64,000 bases of DNA, from the IMG/VR virus record IMGVR_UViG_3300007770_001239, positions 9,230 to 73,229 of that record; one strand, 5' to 3'. Of this stretch, positions 36,615 to 45,712 are shown one piece after another. Position numbers and translations under genes: made by a program. The notes under the pieces were generated by a model. It had not been told where the DNA came from. It searched no databases and worked only from the letters and a program-made list of their open reading frames with translations. How positions within the stretch are numbered: the stretch's first letter is position 1; every line of letters begins with the position of its first letter. The DNA comes from a virus (lineage: Duplodnaviria; Caudoviricetes).

Positions 36615-37514
36615 ATGAAATTATTAGTTACGGGTGGTGCTGGGTTTATTGGAAGTCACATCGTTGAAAAGTTACTTGATGAAGGTCACAGTGTAACTGT
36701 TATAGACAATGAAACAGGTCAGGCTTCTGACACATTCCACTGGAAAAAAGAAGCGCTAAACTACAAGATCGATGTTACTAATTTCGACGCACTTTCGCAG
36801 GTATTCTTAGACCACGATTTTGATTTTGTTTTTCACCTAGCGGCAAAAACTAAGATTGTTCCTGCTATGAAAAACCCACCGCCGACGCTACTGGAAAACT
36901 ATTCTGGGCTGTTAAATGTTTTAGAGCTTTCTCGTCTACATAACGTTAGGCGTGTAATATTTTCCTCATCATCCTCAGTATACGGTGATCAAGCTATTCC
37001 ACATCACGAAGAAAGCATTCCAGATTGTCTCAATCCGTATGCGTTAAGTAAGCTTCAGGGCGAAGCCCTTTGTAACCACTATTCTAGTGTTTTCGGCCTT
37101 GACACTGTTTGCCTAAGGTATTTTAATGTCTTCGGCGAGAGGATGCCCGAGAAGGGACAATACGCCCCTGTAATCGCTATATTTTTACGGCAACGCCGGA
37201 ATGGCGAATCATTAACGATCGTAGGTGATGGTCACCAACGCCGCGACTTTGTTTACGTAGAAGACGTTGTGGATGCTAATGTTCAAGCTGCTTTCGCAAA
37301 TGATAATTTTGAGGGAGATGTATTGAACGTTGGACATGGTTCGATGGTAAGCGTGTTGAAATTAGCAGAACTAATATCTGATGATTTCGTTTATCTTCCC
37401 GAACGCTCTGGAGATGCAAAAAATACTCAGGCAGATATTACTAAGATATGCTCTTTGTTGGAGTGGTCTCCTACAACTGATGCGATCACCTGGGTTAAGG
37501 AGCTTTTAACATGA
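36615..37514 (+). CDS. NAD-dependent nucleotide-sugar epimerase (GalE/WbpP-like SDR)
   Basis: VTGGAGFIGSH, SSSSVYG, PYALSK, LRYFNVFG, RDFVYV. Confidence 0.9.
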   Translation: MKLLVTGGAGFIGSHIVEKLLDEGHSVTVIDNETGQASDTFHWKKEALNYKIDVTNFDALSQVFLDHDFDFVFHLAAKTKIVPAMKNPPPTLLENYSGLLNVLELSRLHNVRRVIFSSSSSVYGDQAIPHHEESIPDCLNPYALSKLQGEALCNHYSSVFGLDTVCLRYFNVFGERMPEKGQYAPVIAIFLRQRRNGESLTIVGDGHQRRDFVYVEDVVDANVQAAFANDNFEGDVLNVGHGSMVSVLKLAELISDDFVYLPERSGDAKNTQADITKICSLLEWSPTTDAITWVKELLT

Positions 37515-38353
37515 AGCACTTAGTTTTAGGGTCAGCAGGACAGATTGGAGAAGCGTTATGTAGATTTCTCTCCAGTCAGGATGAAGAAGTTATTACATTT
37601 GATATTGTAGATTCTTCGCACGAAGATTTGCGTATTCATGATAACGCATTGCTGGATGAACGAGTCAAGTCTGCAGACTTTGTGTATTTTTTAGCCTATG
37701 ATGTTGGTGGCGCTAGATATCTTGAGAAGAACCAAAGTAAGGCTTGGTTCATGAAAAACAATATGCAGTTAATGTGTAATACATTTTCTGCTTTAGAACG
37801 TCATTCGAAACCATTTCTGTTCGCCTCAAGTCAAATGGCTGATATGAAACACTCATCTTATGGAAATCTTAAGTACATCGGCGAACAAATGACATTGGAT
37901 CTTGGTGGTACAATCACGCGTTTTTGGAACGTGTACGGTCCTGAAAGAGATTTAGAAAAAGCTCATGTTATTACTGACTTTGTCTTAAAGGCCCTGACTG
38001 AAAAGAAGATAGAAATGATGACAACCGGAGAAGAGACAAGACAGTTTCTCCATGCGACAGATTGCTGCCGTTGTCTTTATATGGTTTCTCAAGCTCCCCA
38101 AGAATTTTCTTCTAGATTTCTTGATATCACATCTTTTGAGTGGACGAAGATCATCGATATTGCTCATCTTATCTCATCTTTGGCTGGTAACGTACCAGTT
38201 ATTCCTGGAAAAAAACTTGACGAGGTTCAGAAAGATATGTCGATACCCCCCTCAAAAGAAATATTAAAATATTGGGAGCCTGAGATTTCGCTCAGTGATG
38301 GAATCGAAGACATTAAAAATTTAGTAGAGGAAATACATGGAAAAGTATTATGA
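37511..38353 (+). CDS. NAD-dependent nucleotide-sugar epimerase/reductase (WcaG-like SDR)
   Basis: VLGSAGQIG, FASSQM, SYGNLK, RFWNVYG, RQFLH. Confidence 0.82.
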   Translation: MKHLVLGSAGQIGEALCRFLSSQDEEVITFDIVDSSHEDLRIHDNALLDERVKSADFVYFLAYDVGGARYLEKNQSKAWFMKNNMQLMCNTFSALERHSKPFLFASSQMADMKHSSYGNLKYIGEQMTLDLGGTITRFWNVYGPERDLEKAHVITDFVLKALTEKKIEMMTTGEETRQFLHATDCCRCLYMVSQAPQEFSSRFLDITSFEWTKIIDIAHLISSLAGNVPVIPGKKLDEVQKDMSIPPSKEILKYWEPEISLSDGIEDIKNLVEEIHGKVL

Positions 38354-38996
38354 TTATGATTTAGAGAAATATGGATTTGTGTCTTTATTTCAAGAACTTT
38401 TTGGGAGGGAAGATTTAGAAAATCTCCATACAGACCTAGAAAAAGAATATGATTTTTTTAGCAAACCCGGTTCAGATTCTGACACCAGATTCCATAGAGT
38501 ATTTTATGATAAGATGAGAGCCGGCTGGCCAGAATTTTTAGAAGCGTATAAAAGCCTTATCAGAGAAGAGATAGTCTCCATCGTTGGTGCAAAAGATGAG
38601 TTAATATACCAAAAGTGGCCATCATTTAGGGTTCACTTACCAAATAATGTTGCTGTTGGTGGTTGGCACCGAGACGGAGATTATAATCATCCTTCAGGGG
38701 AGATTAATTTTATTCTTGCTCTTACAGAGATGTTTGAAAGTAATACAACGATAACAGAGACAGAGCCGAATAAGATGGATTTTCGACAGCTGGAGCTAAA
38801 TCCCGGACAGGTTGTTAGGTTCAACGGAAATCAATGCCTTCATGGAAACCTTCCGAATAAAACCGGTGTGACAAGGGTAAGTTTCGATTTTAGAGTAATG
38901 CTACCTGAGAGTTATGATTCGAGTCATAAATTGACCTCCTTAAGCAAAGGGAATAAATTTTTAATTGGTCATTATTACGAGGTTATGAAAATATGA
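38337..38996 (+). CDS. 2OG-Fe(II) oxygenase, StrG-like
   Basis: QKWPSFRVHLP, WHRD (HxD), CLHGN, TRVSFDFR. Confidence 0.72.
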   Translation: MEKYYDYDLEKYGFVSLFQELFGREDLENLHTDLEKEYDFFSKPGSDSDTRFHRVFYDKMRAGWPEFLEAYKSLIREEIVSIVGAKDELIYQKWPSFRVHLPNNVAVGGWHRDGDYNHPSGEINFILALTEMFESNTTITETEPNKMDFRQLELNPGQVVRFNGNQCLHGNLPNKTGVTRVSFDFRVMLPESYDSSHKLTSLSKGNKFLIGHYYEVMKI

Positions 38997-39922
38997 AAGT
39001 GCTTGTTACAGGCGGAACAGGAATGGTCGGTTCAGGTTTTAGGGATGTAAATACAGAGCATGAGTTGATTCTTGTAGGCTCTAAGCAATATGATTTGAGG
39101 TCACAGCGTGACACCCGGCTCATGATGACAAACCATACGCCTGATGCAGTGGTCCACCTCGCTGCGAGAGTGGGAGGTGTAAAAGGAAATACCGATTTCG
39201 TGGCTGATTTCTTTTCAGACAATGTTAGGATGAATACAAACGTCTTACAGGCATCAAAAAAGTTTGGTGTTTCTAAGGTTGTGTCTCTTTTGTCTACCTG
39301 CGTTTATCCTGATAAAGTAAATTATCCACTGACAGAAGATCAAATACATAACGGCCCTCCCCACCCCAGTAATTTCGGTTATGCGTACGCAAAGAGGATG
39401 CTGGATGTACACTCAAGGGCACTAAGGCAGCAATATGGATGTAACTTCATCTGTGCGGTACCAAACAATCTGTACGGCCCTCATGATAATTTCGATCTAG
39501 AAAATGGGCATGTAATTCCAGCTATAATGAGAAAGGTTCTGGAAGCTAAACAGACTGGCACTCCACCAACTTTCTGGAGTGATGGTTCAGCGTTTAGAGA
39601 GTTCACATTTGCACCAGATCTTTCAAAGATTTTGCTGCATTTGTTAAACGAGTACAATGACGCTGATCCTGTTAATATTGGTATAACCGAGGAAAGAAGC
39701 ATTGCGTCTGTAGTTGAATTAGTCTGTCAAAATCTTGAGTATGATGGTGATGTGTCATGGGACAGATCGAAGCCAGCAGGCCAGTTTAGAAAACCGAGTA
39801 ATAACGATAAACTTGCATCAACCGGATGGAATCGTTCTTATTATACTTCTTTTGAAGACGGACTGAAGAGAACTTGCGATTGGTTTGTTGAGAATTATCC
39901 CAATGTGAGAGGAATGGAATGA
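38993..39922 (+). CDS. fcl: GDP-L-fucose synthase-like epimerase/reductase
   Basis: [47 protein letters not shown]. Confidence 0.9.
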   Translation: MKVLVTGGTGMVGSGFRDVNTEHELILVGSKQYDLRSQRDTRLMMTNHTPDAVVHLAARVGGVKGNTDFVADFFSDNVRMNTNVLQASKKFGVSKVVSLLSTCVYPDKVNYPLTEDQIHNGPPHPSNFGYAYAKRMLDVHSRALRQQYGCNFICAVPNNLYGPHDNFDLENGHVIPAIMRKVLEAKQTGTPPTFWSDGSAFREFTFAPDLSKILLHLLNEYNDADPVNIGITEERSIASVVELVCQNLEYDGDVSWDRSKPAGQFRKPSNNDKLASTGWNRSYYTSFEDGLKRTCDWFVENYPNVRGME

Positions 39923-40956
39923 AGACTGCTTTAGTAACGGGCGTGACAGGTCAAGATGGATCCTATTTGGCAGAGCTATTACTCGAGAAAGGGTATAGGG
40001 TTGTTGGTCTAAAAAGACGAACAAGTTTAATATCAACAGACAGATTAGATCACATTTATCACAACCCTATGTTCTGTCTAGAGTATTATTCTTTACATGA
40101 TCCGACTACGCTATATCGGCTTTTAGAAGAATATGAACCAGAAGAATTTTATAATCTAGCTGCGCAGTCTCATGTTCGTGTGTCATTTGATGTCCCCCTT
40201 GAGACGGTTGATACAATCGCGATGGGTACTCTTAGAATTTTGGAAGCCATTAGGTTTGTCAATAAGGACATAAAGGTTTATCAGGCTTCATCTTCTGAAA
40301 TGTTTGGAGACAATCCAGAGTATCCTCAATCAGAGAAAACTGTTTTAATGCCTGCGAGCCCTTACGCTTGTGCAAAAGTTTTTGCTCATAATCTGTGCCG
40401 AAATTATCGTGAGTCTTATGATATGCACATTTCTAGTGGAATTCTTTTTAACCATGAGTCCCCACGAAGGGGCAAGACTTTCGTGACCCGAAAGATAACA
40501 CTTGCGGCTGCCAGAATTAAGCTCGGCCTGCAGGAAAAATTGTTTCTAGGAAATCTTTCCGCTAAAAGAGATTGGGGATTTGCTGGTGATTATGTAGAAG
40601 CAATGTGGCTGATGCTTCAGCAAGATTCGCCAGATGACTATGTCATAGCTACGGGGGAGACTCACTCTGTACAAGAGTGGCTAGATACTGTTTTTGAAGC
40701 AGCCGGATTACCAGTAGACGGTAACGTCGAGATAGATAACAGGTTATTTCGACCTCAGGAAGTGCCTATACTGCTGGGCGATCCGACCAAGGCAAATGTT
40801 AAGCTTGGGTGGCAACCCAAAACCAAATTCAAGAGTCTGGCAGCCTTAATGCAAGCTGAAGATTTTCAGCTATCTTTACAAGAGCTCCGCGTCCGGGGAC
40901 ATGATCCTGAACCTGAGGCATGGATGCCAGGCCGTAAGATGAAGTTTAAAGGGTAA
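39919..40956 (+). CDS. gmd: GDP-mannose 4,6-dehydratase
   Basis: [51 protein letters not shown]. Confidence 0.95.
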   Translation: MKTALVTGVTGQDGSYLAELLLEKGYRVVGLKRRTSLISTDRLDHIYHNPMFCLEYYSLHDPTTLYRLLEEYEPEEFYNLAAQSHVRVSFDVPLETVDTIAMGTLRILEAIRFVNKDIKVYQASSSEMFGDNPEYPQSEKTVLMPASPYACAKVFAHNLCRNYRESYDMHISSGILFNHESPRRGKTFVTRKITLAAARIKLGLQEKLFLGNLSAKRDWGFAGDYVEAMWLMLQQDSPDDYVIATGETHSVQEWLDTVFEAAGLPVDGNVEIDNRLFRPQEVPILLGDPTKANVKLGWQPKTKFKSLAALMQAEDFQLSLQELRVRGHDPEPEAWMPGRKMKFKG

Positions 40957-40959
40957 TAC

Positions 40960-41832
40960 ATGATGAATATTCCAGATCCAGAACAAATTTCCTTTCCGAC
41001 CGGGAAGCCTCACGTTTCTTATTCTGAGGTCCGCTGTTGGAGAGAGTGTCCTCATCGTCACAGGTTATTGTATATCGATAAGGTTGGTGTAGATGAGCCA
41101 TCGCCCTATCTTTCCTATGGGTCAGCTGTGCATGATGGGATCGAAAAATTTCTTGAAACAGGTCAAATGGACATCCCATCAGTGCTGGAAAATATCCGGA
41201 GTGAATGGGATAAACATGGGTTCGATTCTAAGGAATGGATCCGCGGTCAAGCGGATCACAGAAAATCTCAAGGATGGAAGCCAAAAGCGCATGATTATAT
41301 AGACAGCTGGCTCGAGTGGGCTACAAATTCATTAGAAGAGCTGCCCATATTTTTAACAGAGCAATTTGGTGAATATGAAGTCGTATCCGCAGAAGAGCAA
41401 CTTTATGAATTTTTCCCCAATTATGACATCTTTTTTAAGGGTTTCATTGATGCGATTCTAAAGGTAGAAATTCGAGGCAAAGAATATTATTACGTTATTG
41501 ATTGGAAGACTGCTGGTGATAAGGGTTGGTTCGCTAGCAAGAAAAGAGACATTTTAACGTGGGCTCAAATAGCGCTTTATAAATCATTTTGGAAAGATAA
41601 GAATGAGCTGGACATAAAGCAGGTCCGCTGTGGATTTGTTCTATTAAAAAGGGGTGCCAAGCCAGGCTCTACTTGCGATCTCGTCCCGGTTTCGGTTGGT
41701 CCTAAAGCTGAAGAAAATGCGCTGTCAATACTTCGTAGTATGATAAAAACCGTACGTCGCGGAATATTCTTAAAGAATCGAGAGTCTTGTAGGTTCTGTG
41801 AATTTAAGAACACAACCCATTGTCCAGGTTGA
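40960..41832 (+). CDS. PD-(D/E)XK exonuclease (RecB/Cas4-like, Fe-S cysteines)
   Basis: SYSEVRCWRECP, GSAVHD, FKGFIDAI, IDWKT, QIALY, C-terminal CRFCEF...C. Confidence 0.87.
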   Translation: MMNIPDPEQISFPTGKPHVSYSEVRCWRECPHRHRLLYIDKVGVDEPSPYLSYGSAVHDGIEKFLETGQMDIPSVLENIRSEWDKHGFDSKEWIRGQADHRKSQGWKPKAHDYIDSWLEWATNSLEELPIFLTEQFGEYEVVSAEEQLYEFFPNYDIFFKGFIDAILKVEIRGKEYYYVIDWKTAGDKGWFASKKRDILTWAQIALYKSFWKDKNELDIKQVRCGFVLLKRGAKPGSTCDLVPVSVGPKAEENALSILRSMIKTVRRGIFLKNRESCRFCEFKNTTHCPG

Positions 41833-41887
41833 ACAGATATACTTTAGGATGATCTTTAATATGATTATCCACGCTGACGAGGATTAG

Positions 41888-43141
41888 ATGCTAGAAAAAA
41901 AGAAGTATAAAATATTGATGTTATCCGACCATGCCTTGAGTACATCAGGCGTCGGATGTCAATCTCGATTTTTAATTGAGGGTCTAATAAAGAAAGGCTG
42001 CTGGACTGTGCGTCAATTTGGCGCAGCTTTAAAGCATAATGATTATAGCGCTGTCCAGATTAACCCTGACTTTATTATTAAGCCGATTGACGGATTTGGT
42101 GATCCGAATGTTTTACGCTTGGCACTAGCGACAGAAAAACCAGATATTCTTTTTATTTTTACCGACCCACGATTTTTTACGTGGTTATGGGAGATGGAGG
42201 ATGAGATACATCAGCTATGTCCCATAGCGTACTGGCATGTGTGGGATAATTTCCCTCGACCTGATTTTAACGATGCGTATTACGGATCTACTGACTTGAT
42301 TAATTGTCATTCATATTTGACATATGAGATTGTAAATGAGCGGTTCCCTGAGCGGACTAACTTCATTCCGCATGCTTTGCCTGATGAGATATTTTTTCCG
42401 CTTCCAGAGAATCAAAAGAAGATGTGGAAAGAAAAAATATTAGGTTTTGAAAATCGCGATTGCTTTACTGCATTTTGGGTTAATAGAAATGCAAAACGAA
42501 AGCGCCCAGCAGACGTAATCTGGGCGTGGAAATTATTTTTAGATAAATTAGAAGACAAGAACAGCGCTATGCTTCTCATGCATACGGATCCATTTGATAT
42601 GGAAGGGCCCAATCTTGTTGAGGTTGCGAAAAAATTAGGTGTCATTGACAGGGTTACTTTTTCAAGGGAGCGTATCGAGTTTGATCAAATGAATATTTTG
42701 CATAACGTGTCAGATTGTTGCGTCAATATAGCTTTTGCAGAAGGATTTGGTTTGGCGACTCTTGAAGCCATGAAGGTTGGGAAACCAATAATAGCTGGTA
42801 AGACGGGCGGTCTAACAAGACAGGTCGTCGATCATCGTGACGGATCAGAAAACGGTATTGCTTTAGATATTCGCTCAAAAAGTATAGTCGGATCGCAGCA
42901 GGTACCCTACATTTATGAAGACTATGTGTCCATCGAAGAAACAGCAGATGCATTCTACAAATTATACTCAATGTCAGATGACGAACGTAGCAGTCTTGGA
43001 AATAAAGCAAGAGAATATGTGCAGGCCGAATTTGCGATGCAAAAGACTATAGACCTCTGGCATGATAGTTTAATGAACTTAGTACAAGATTGGGAGTCTG
43101 GCCAACGAGCAGTTAACCGATTCGAGATAAGGGAGATATGA
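41888..43141 (+). CDS. GT4 glycosyltransferase
   Basis: LSDHALSTSGVG, NRNAKRKRP, AEGFGLATLEAMKVGKPII. Confidence 0.88.
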   Translation: MLEKKKYKILMLSDHALSTSGVGCQSRFLIEGLIKKGCWTVRQFGAALKHNDYSAVQINPDFIIKPIDGFGDPNVLRLALATEKPDILFIFTDPRFFTWLWEMEDEIHQLCPIAYWHVWDNFPRPDFNDAYYGSTDLINCHSYLTYEIVNERFPERTNFIPHALPDEIFFPLPENQKKMWKEKILGFENRDCFTAFWVNRNAKRKRPADVIWAWKLFLDKLEDKNSAMLLMHTDPFDMEGPNLVEVAKKLGVIDRVTFSRERIEFDQMNILHNVSDCCVNIAFAEGFGLATLEAMKVGKPIIAGKTGGLTRQVVDHRDGSENGIALDIRSKSIVGSQQVPYIYEDYVSIEETADAFYKLYSMSDDERSSLGNKAREYVQAEFAMQKTIDLWHDSLMNLVQDWESGQRAVNRFEIREI

Positions 43142-43142
43142 T

Positions 43143-44321
43143 ATGAACGTCATTATGAGAGGCCCATTACTTTCCATTAGTGGTTATGGCGTCCATGCAA
43201 GACAAGTTTTTTCTTGGGCTCATTCAAAGGGCTGGAATATTAACTGTCATGTTCTACCTTGGGGGATAACGCCCTTCTACATTGATCCTGACAAATTAAA
43301 CGGTATGATCGGTAAGGTGATGGAATGCACCGCACCGTTCCATCCCCAGCTGTCAGTTGACCTTTCATTACAGATACAGCTGCCCAATGAGTGGGACCCC
43401 AATCTAGCTAGGGTAAATATTGGTATCACTGCGGGTGTTGAGGGAACCACATGCTCTCCTGAGTGGATAGCTGCGTGTAATAGAATGGATCATGTTGTTG
43501 TACCAAGTACATTTACAAAGGACCTATTTGTACGAGGGGGAGTAAGCGAAGATAAAATATCTGCTATTCCAGAAGCTTTTACTTGCAATTTTGAGGAAAC
43601 TGCGGGTTCCCAAAGATTGTTAGACGGGTTAGCCGATCTTCCTACGAGCTTTAATTTCCTTATATTTGGGCAGATTACAGGAACTTCTCCCGAAACTGAT
43701 AGAAAGAATACTTTCTATAATATCAAATGGTTATGTGAATTATTTGCTAATGATCCAGATGTGGGTATTATAGTCAAGACGAACATGGGAAGACTGACAG
43801 TAAGAGATAGAGAAGAGTCAACGAACATATTAAGAGAAGTAGTAGGACAGGTCCGTCAAGGTCCGTATCCAAGATTTTATCTGGCCCATGGATTGATGGA
43901 TGAAAGTGAGATTACATCGCTATATAAGAGTGAGAGTGTCAAGGCTCTTGTCGCTCCAACCCGCGGCGAGGGCTGGGGGCTGCCTATTTTAGACGCCGCT
44001 GTGTGCGGCCTTCCTATAATTGCAACCAATTGGTCTGGTCATTTGGATTTTTTGAAAGACGTGAAATTTTTGTCATTGGACTATGACCTTGTACCCGTCC
44101 ATCCCGATAAGATCGATGGAAGTATATTCGTCGAGGGATGTAAGTGGGCAGAGGTACGTGAATCGCATTTTAAGTCTAGGCTGAAGAAATTCCGAAAGGG
44201 TTCCGACCTCCCGACTCAATGGGCTACCCAAGCCGCTCCTCACGTTACTGAAAACTTTAATCTTACAAAGATTTTTTCTATATATGATGAGAAGCTTGGG
44301 GGATTAATTGACGGGTCTTGA
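43143..44321 (+). CDS. GT4-like glycosyltransferase
   Basis: SGYGVHARQ, VVVPSTF, PTRGEGWGLPILDAAVCGLPIIATNWSGH. Confidence 0.88.
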   Translation: MNVIMRGPLLSISGYGVHARQVFSWAHSKGWNINCHVLPWGITPFYIDPDKLNGMIGKVMECTAPFHPQLSVDLSLQIQLPNEWDPNLARVNIGITAGVEGTTCSPEWIAACNRMDHVVVPSTFTKDLFVRGGVSEDKISAIPEAFTCNFEETAGSQRLLDGLADLPTSFNFLIFGQITGTSPETDRKNTFYNIKWLCELFANDPDVGIIVKTNMGRLTVRDREESTNILREVVGQVRQGPYPRFYLAHGLMDESEITSLYKSESVKALVAPTRGEGWGLPILDAAVCGLPIIATNWSGHLDFLKDVKFLSLDYDLVPVHPDKIDGSIFVEGCKWAEVRESHFKSRLKKFRKGSDLPTQWATQAAPHVTENFNLTKIFSIYDEKLGGLIDGS

Positions 44322-44607
44322 AATAAGTCTAACGGTTGTCTGCGTCTTGCTGTTCCTCAGCACTTTTGTGCTCTCATTTTATGCGTACAAATTTGGTATT
44401 ACCATTTTGAAAGTTGAGGACGCTGTAGAAGAGTCTTTGGATATTTTAGACGAGAGGTATGCATCAATATCTGAAGTCTTAGAAATTCCTTTATTCGATG
44501 ACAGTCCACAAATAAAAACTGTACATACGGATATAAAAAGATCACGAGATGCCATACTGAATATAGCGAATGTTTTGACTAACGGGATCATCGATGAGGA
44601 GGAATAG
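44308..44607 (+). CDS. Small protein with an N-terminal transmembrane helix
   Basis: ISLTVVCVLLFLSTFVLSFYAY followed by an acidic helical domain. Confidence 0.6.
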   Translation: MTGLEISLTVVCVLLFLSTFVLSFYAYKFGITILKVEDAVEESLDILDERYASISEVLEIPLFDDSPQIKTVHTDIKRSRDAILNIANVLTNGIIDEEE

Positions 44608-44609
44608 CG

Positions 44610-45335
44610 GTGGCTAGAAGAAAAATTAGAAGAAATCCCGGTAAGAAGCGGAACATGTATTTTAACAAAGATACGCAAGCTTCTATTGAGGCGTACCAAA
44701 ATTCTGATGATATGTCTGAGAAGGAAATAATCTACAGAAAAGATATAATGCCAGCATTTGAGCAGTTATCTGAAAGCTTAATATTCGTGTATGGGTTTAA
44801 TTCTCCGTATGAATCAATGGCTTCAATGAAGGGTGATTGTGTTGCTTTTTTATACGAAACCATTCATAAGTGGGATCCGGCCAGGGGAACAAAGGCTTTT
44901 TCATATTTTAACGTAGTGGCAAAGAATTGGCTAATAATAAGATGTCGAAATGCAAAGAAGAATGATCATCGTCACGTTTCTATGTCTGATTTATCGATCT
45001 TAAATTCAGCAGATAAAGCGAAAATAGCTGAAAGTAAGGTCGCGCCATCTCCCCAAGACATTTTAGAGAAAGAAGAATTGCGCGATAGGATAATGGATGT
45101 TATCAATGAAATCGATTCTCGTGTCAAGAAGCCGAATGAAGTGTTATGCGCGAAAGCAATAAGGACTGTCTTCGAAAATATTGATAATTTAGACTTCTTA
45201 AATAAGCGTGCAATATACGTTTACGTTCGTGAGATTTCAGGCCTAACATCTAAGCAGCTGTCGGTATCGATGTCAAAGATTAGAAAGCACTATAAAGAGA
45301 TCGTCCATGACGATAGAATTGTAGACCTTCTGTAG
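44610..45335 (+). CDS. Phage sigma-factor-like protein (candidate late sigma)
   Basis: Region-2-like KWDPARGTKAFSYFNVVAKNWL; C-terminal HTH-like REISGLTSKQLSVSMSKIR. Confidence 0.65.
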   Translation: MARRKIRRNPGKKRNMYFNKDTQASIEAYQNSDDMSEKEIIYRKDIMPAFEQLSESLIFVYGFNSPYESMASMKGDCVAFLYETIHKWDPARGTKAFSYFNVVAKNWLIIRCRNAKKNDHRHVSMSDLSILNSADKAKIAESKVAPSPQDILEKEELRDRIMDVINEIDSRVKKPNEVLCAKAIRTVFENIDNLDFLNKRAIYVYVREISGLTSKQLSVSMSKIRKHYKEIVHDDRIVDLL

Positions 45336-45343
45336 GAAACGCC

Positions 45344-45712
45344 ATGACAAAGAAGATAGAAGAAACCGTAAAAGATTTTAAGCAGCTAGATAAAAAAATC
45401 GCTGAGTTCGATAAAGTACTTCAAAAAATTGAACATGCCGATAATAAGAAAAAGCTACTTTGGAAAGAAATTTACGAAAATGCTTCATTAGACAGACAGA
45501 ATGCTCATATATTGTTTGTCGAGGCGTATACAACGATGAGCCAAGGAACTACTGAACACGCAACATTAGGCACCACACTGACAAAATATCTTGAAAGAAT
45601 GAGCAAGTCAAATGAGCAACTTTTGAAGCTAGCTGACCTTATATCTAAATCAGAGAGTGATCATGCATCGATAAATGCAGATGAATTATTCTCTAAAATC
45701 CAGGATGAATAA
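45344..45712 (+). CDS. Hypothetical helical protein
   Basis: 122-aa coiled-coil-like ORF coupled to the baseplate module. Confidence 0.65.
   Translation: MTKKIEETVKDFKQLDKKIAEFDKVLQKIEHADNKKKLLWKEIYENASLDRQNAHILFVEAYTTMSQGTTEHATLGTTLTKYLERMSKSNEQLLKLADLISKSESDHASINADELFSKIQDE

Noticed and set aside
40960-41832. Cas4-like nuclease as a sign of a CRISPR system
   Set aside because: No repeat-spacer array or other cas genes are visible; solo PD-(D/E)XK nucleases are common in phages
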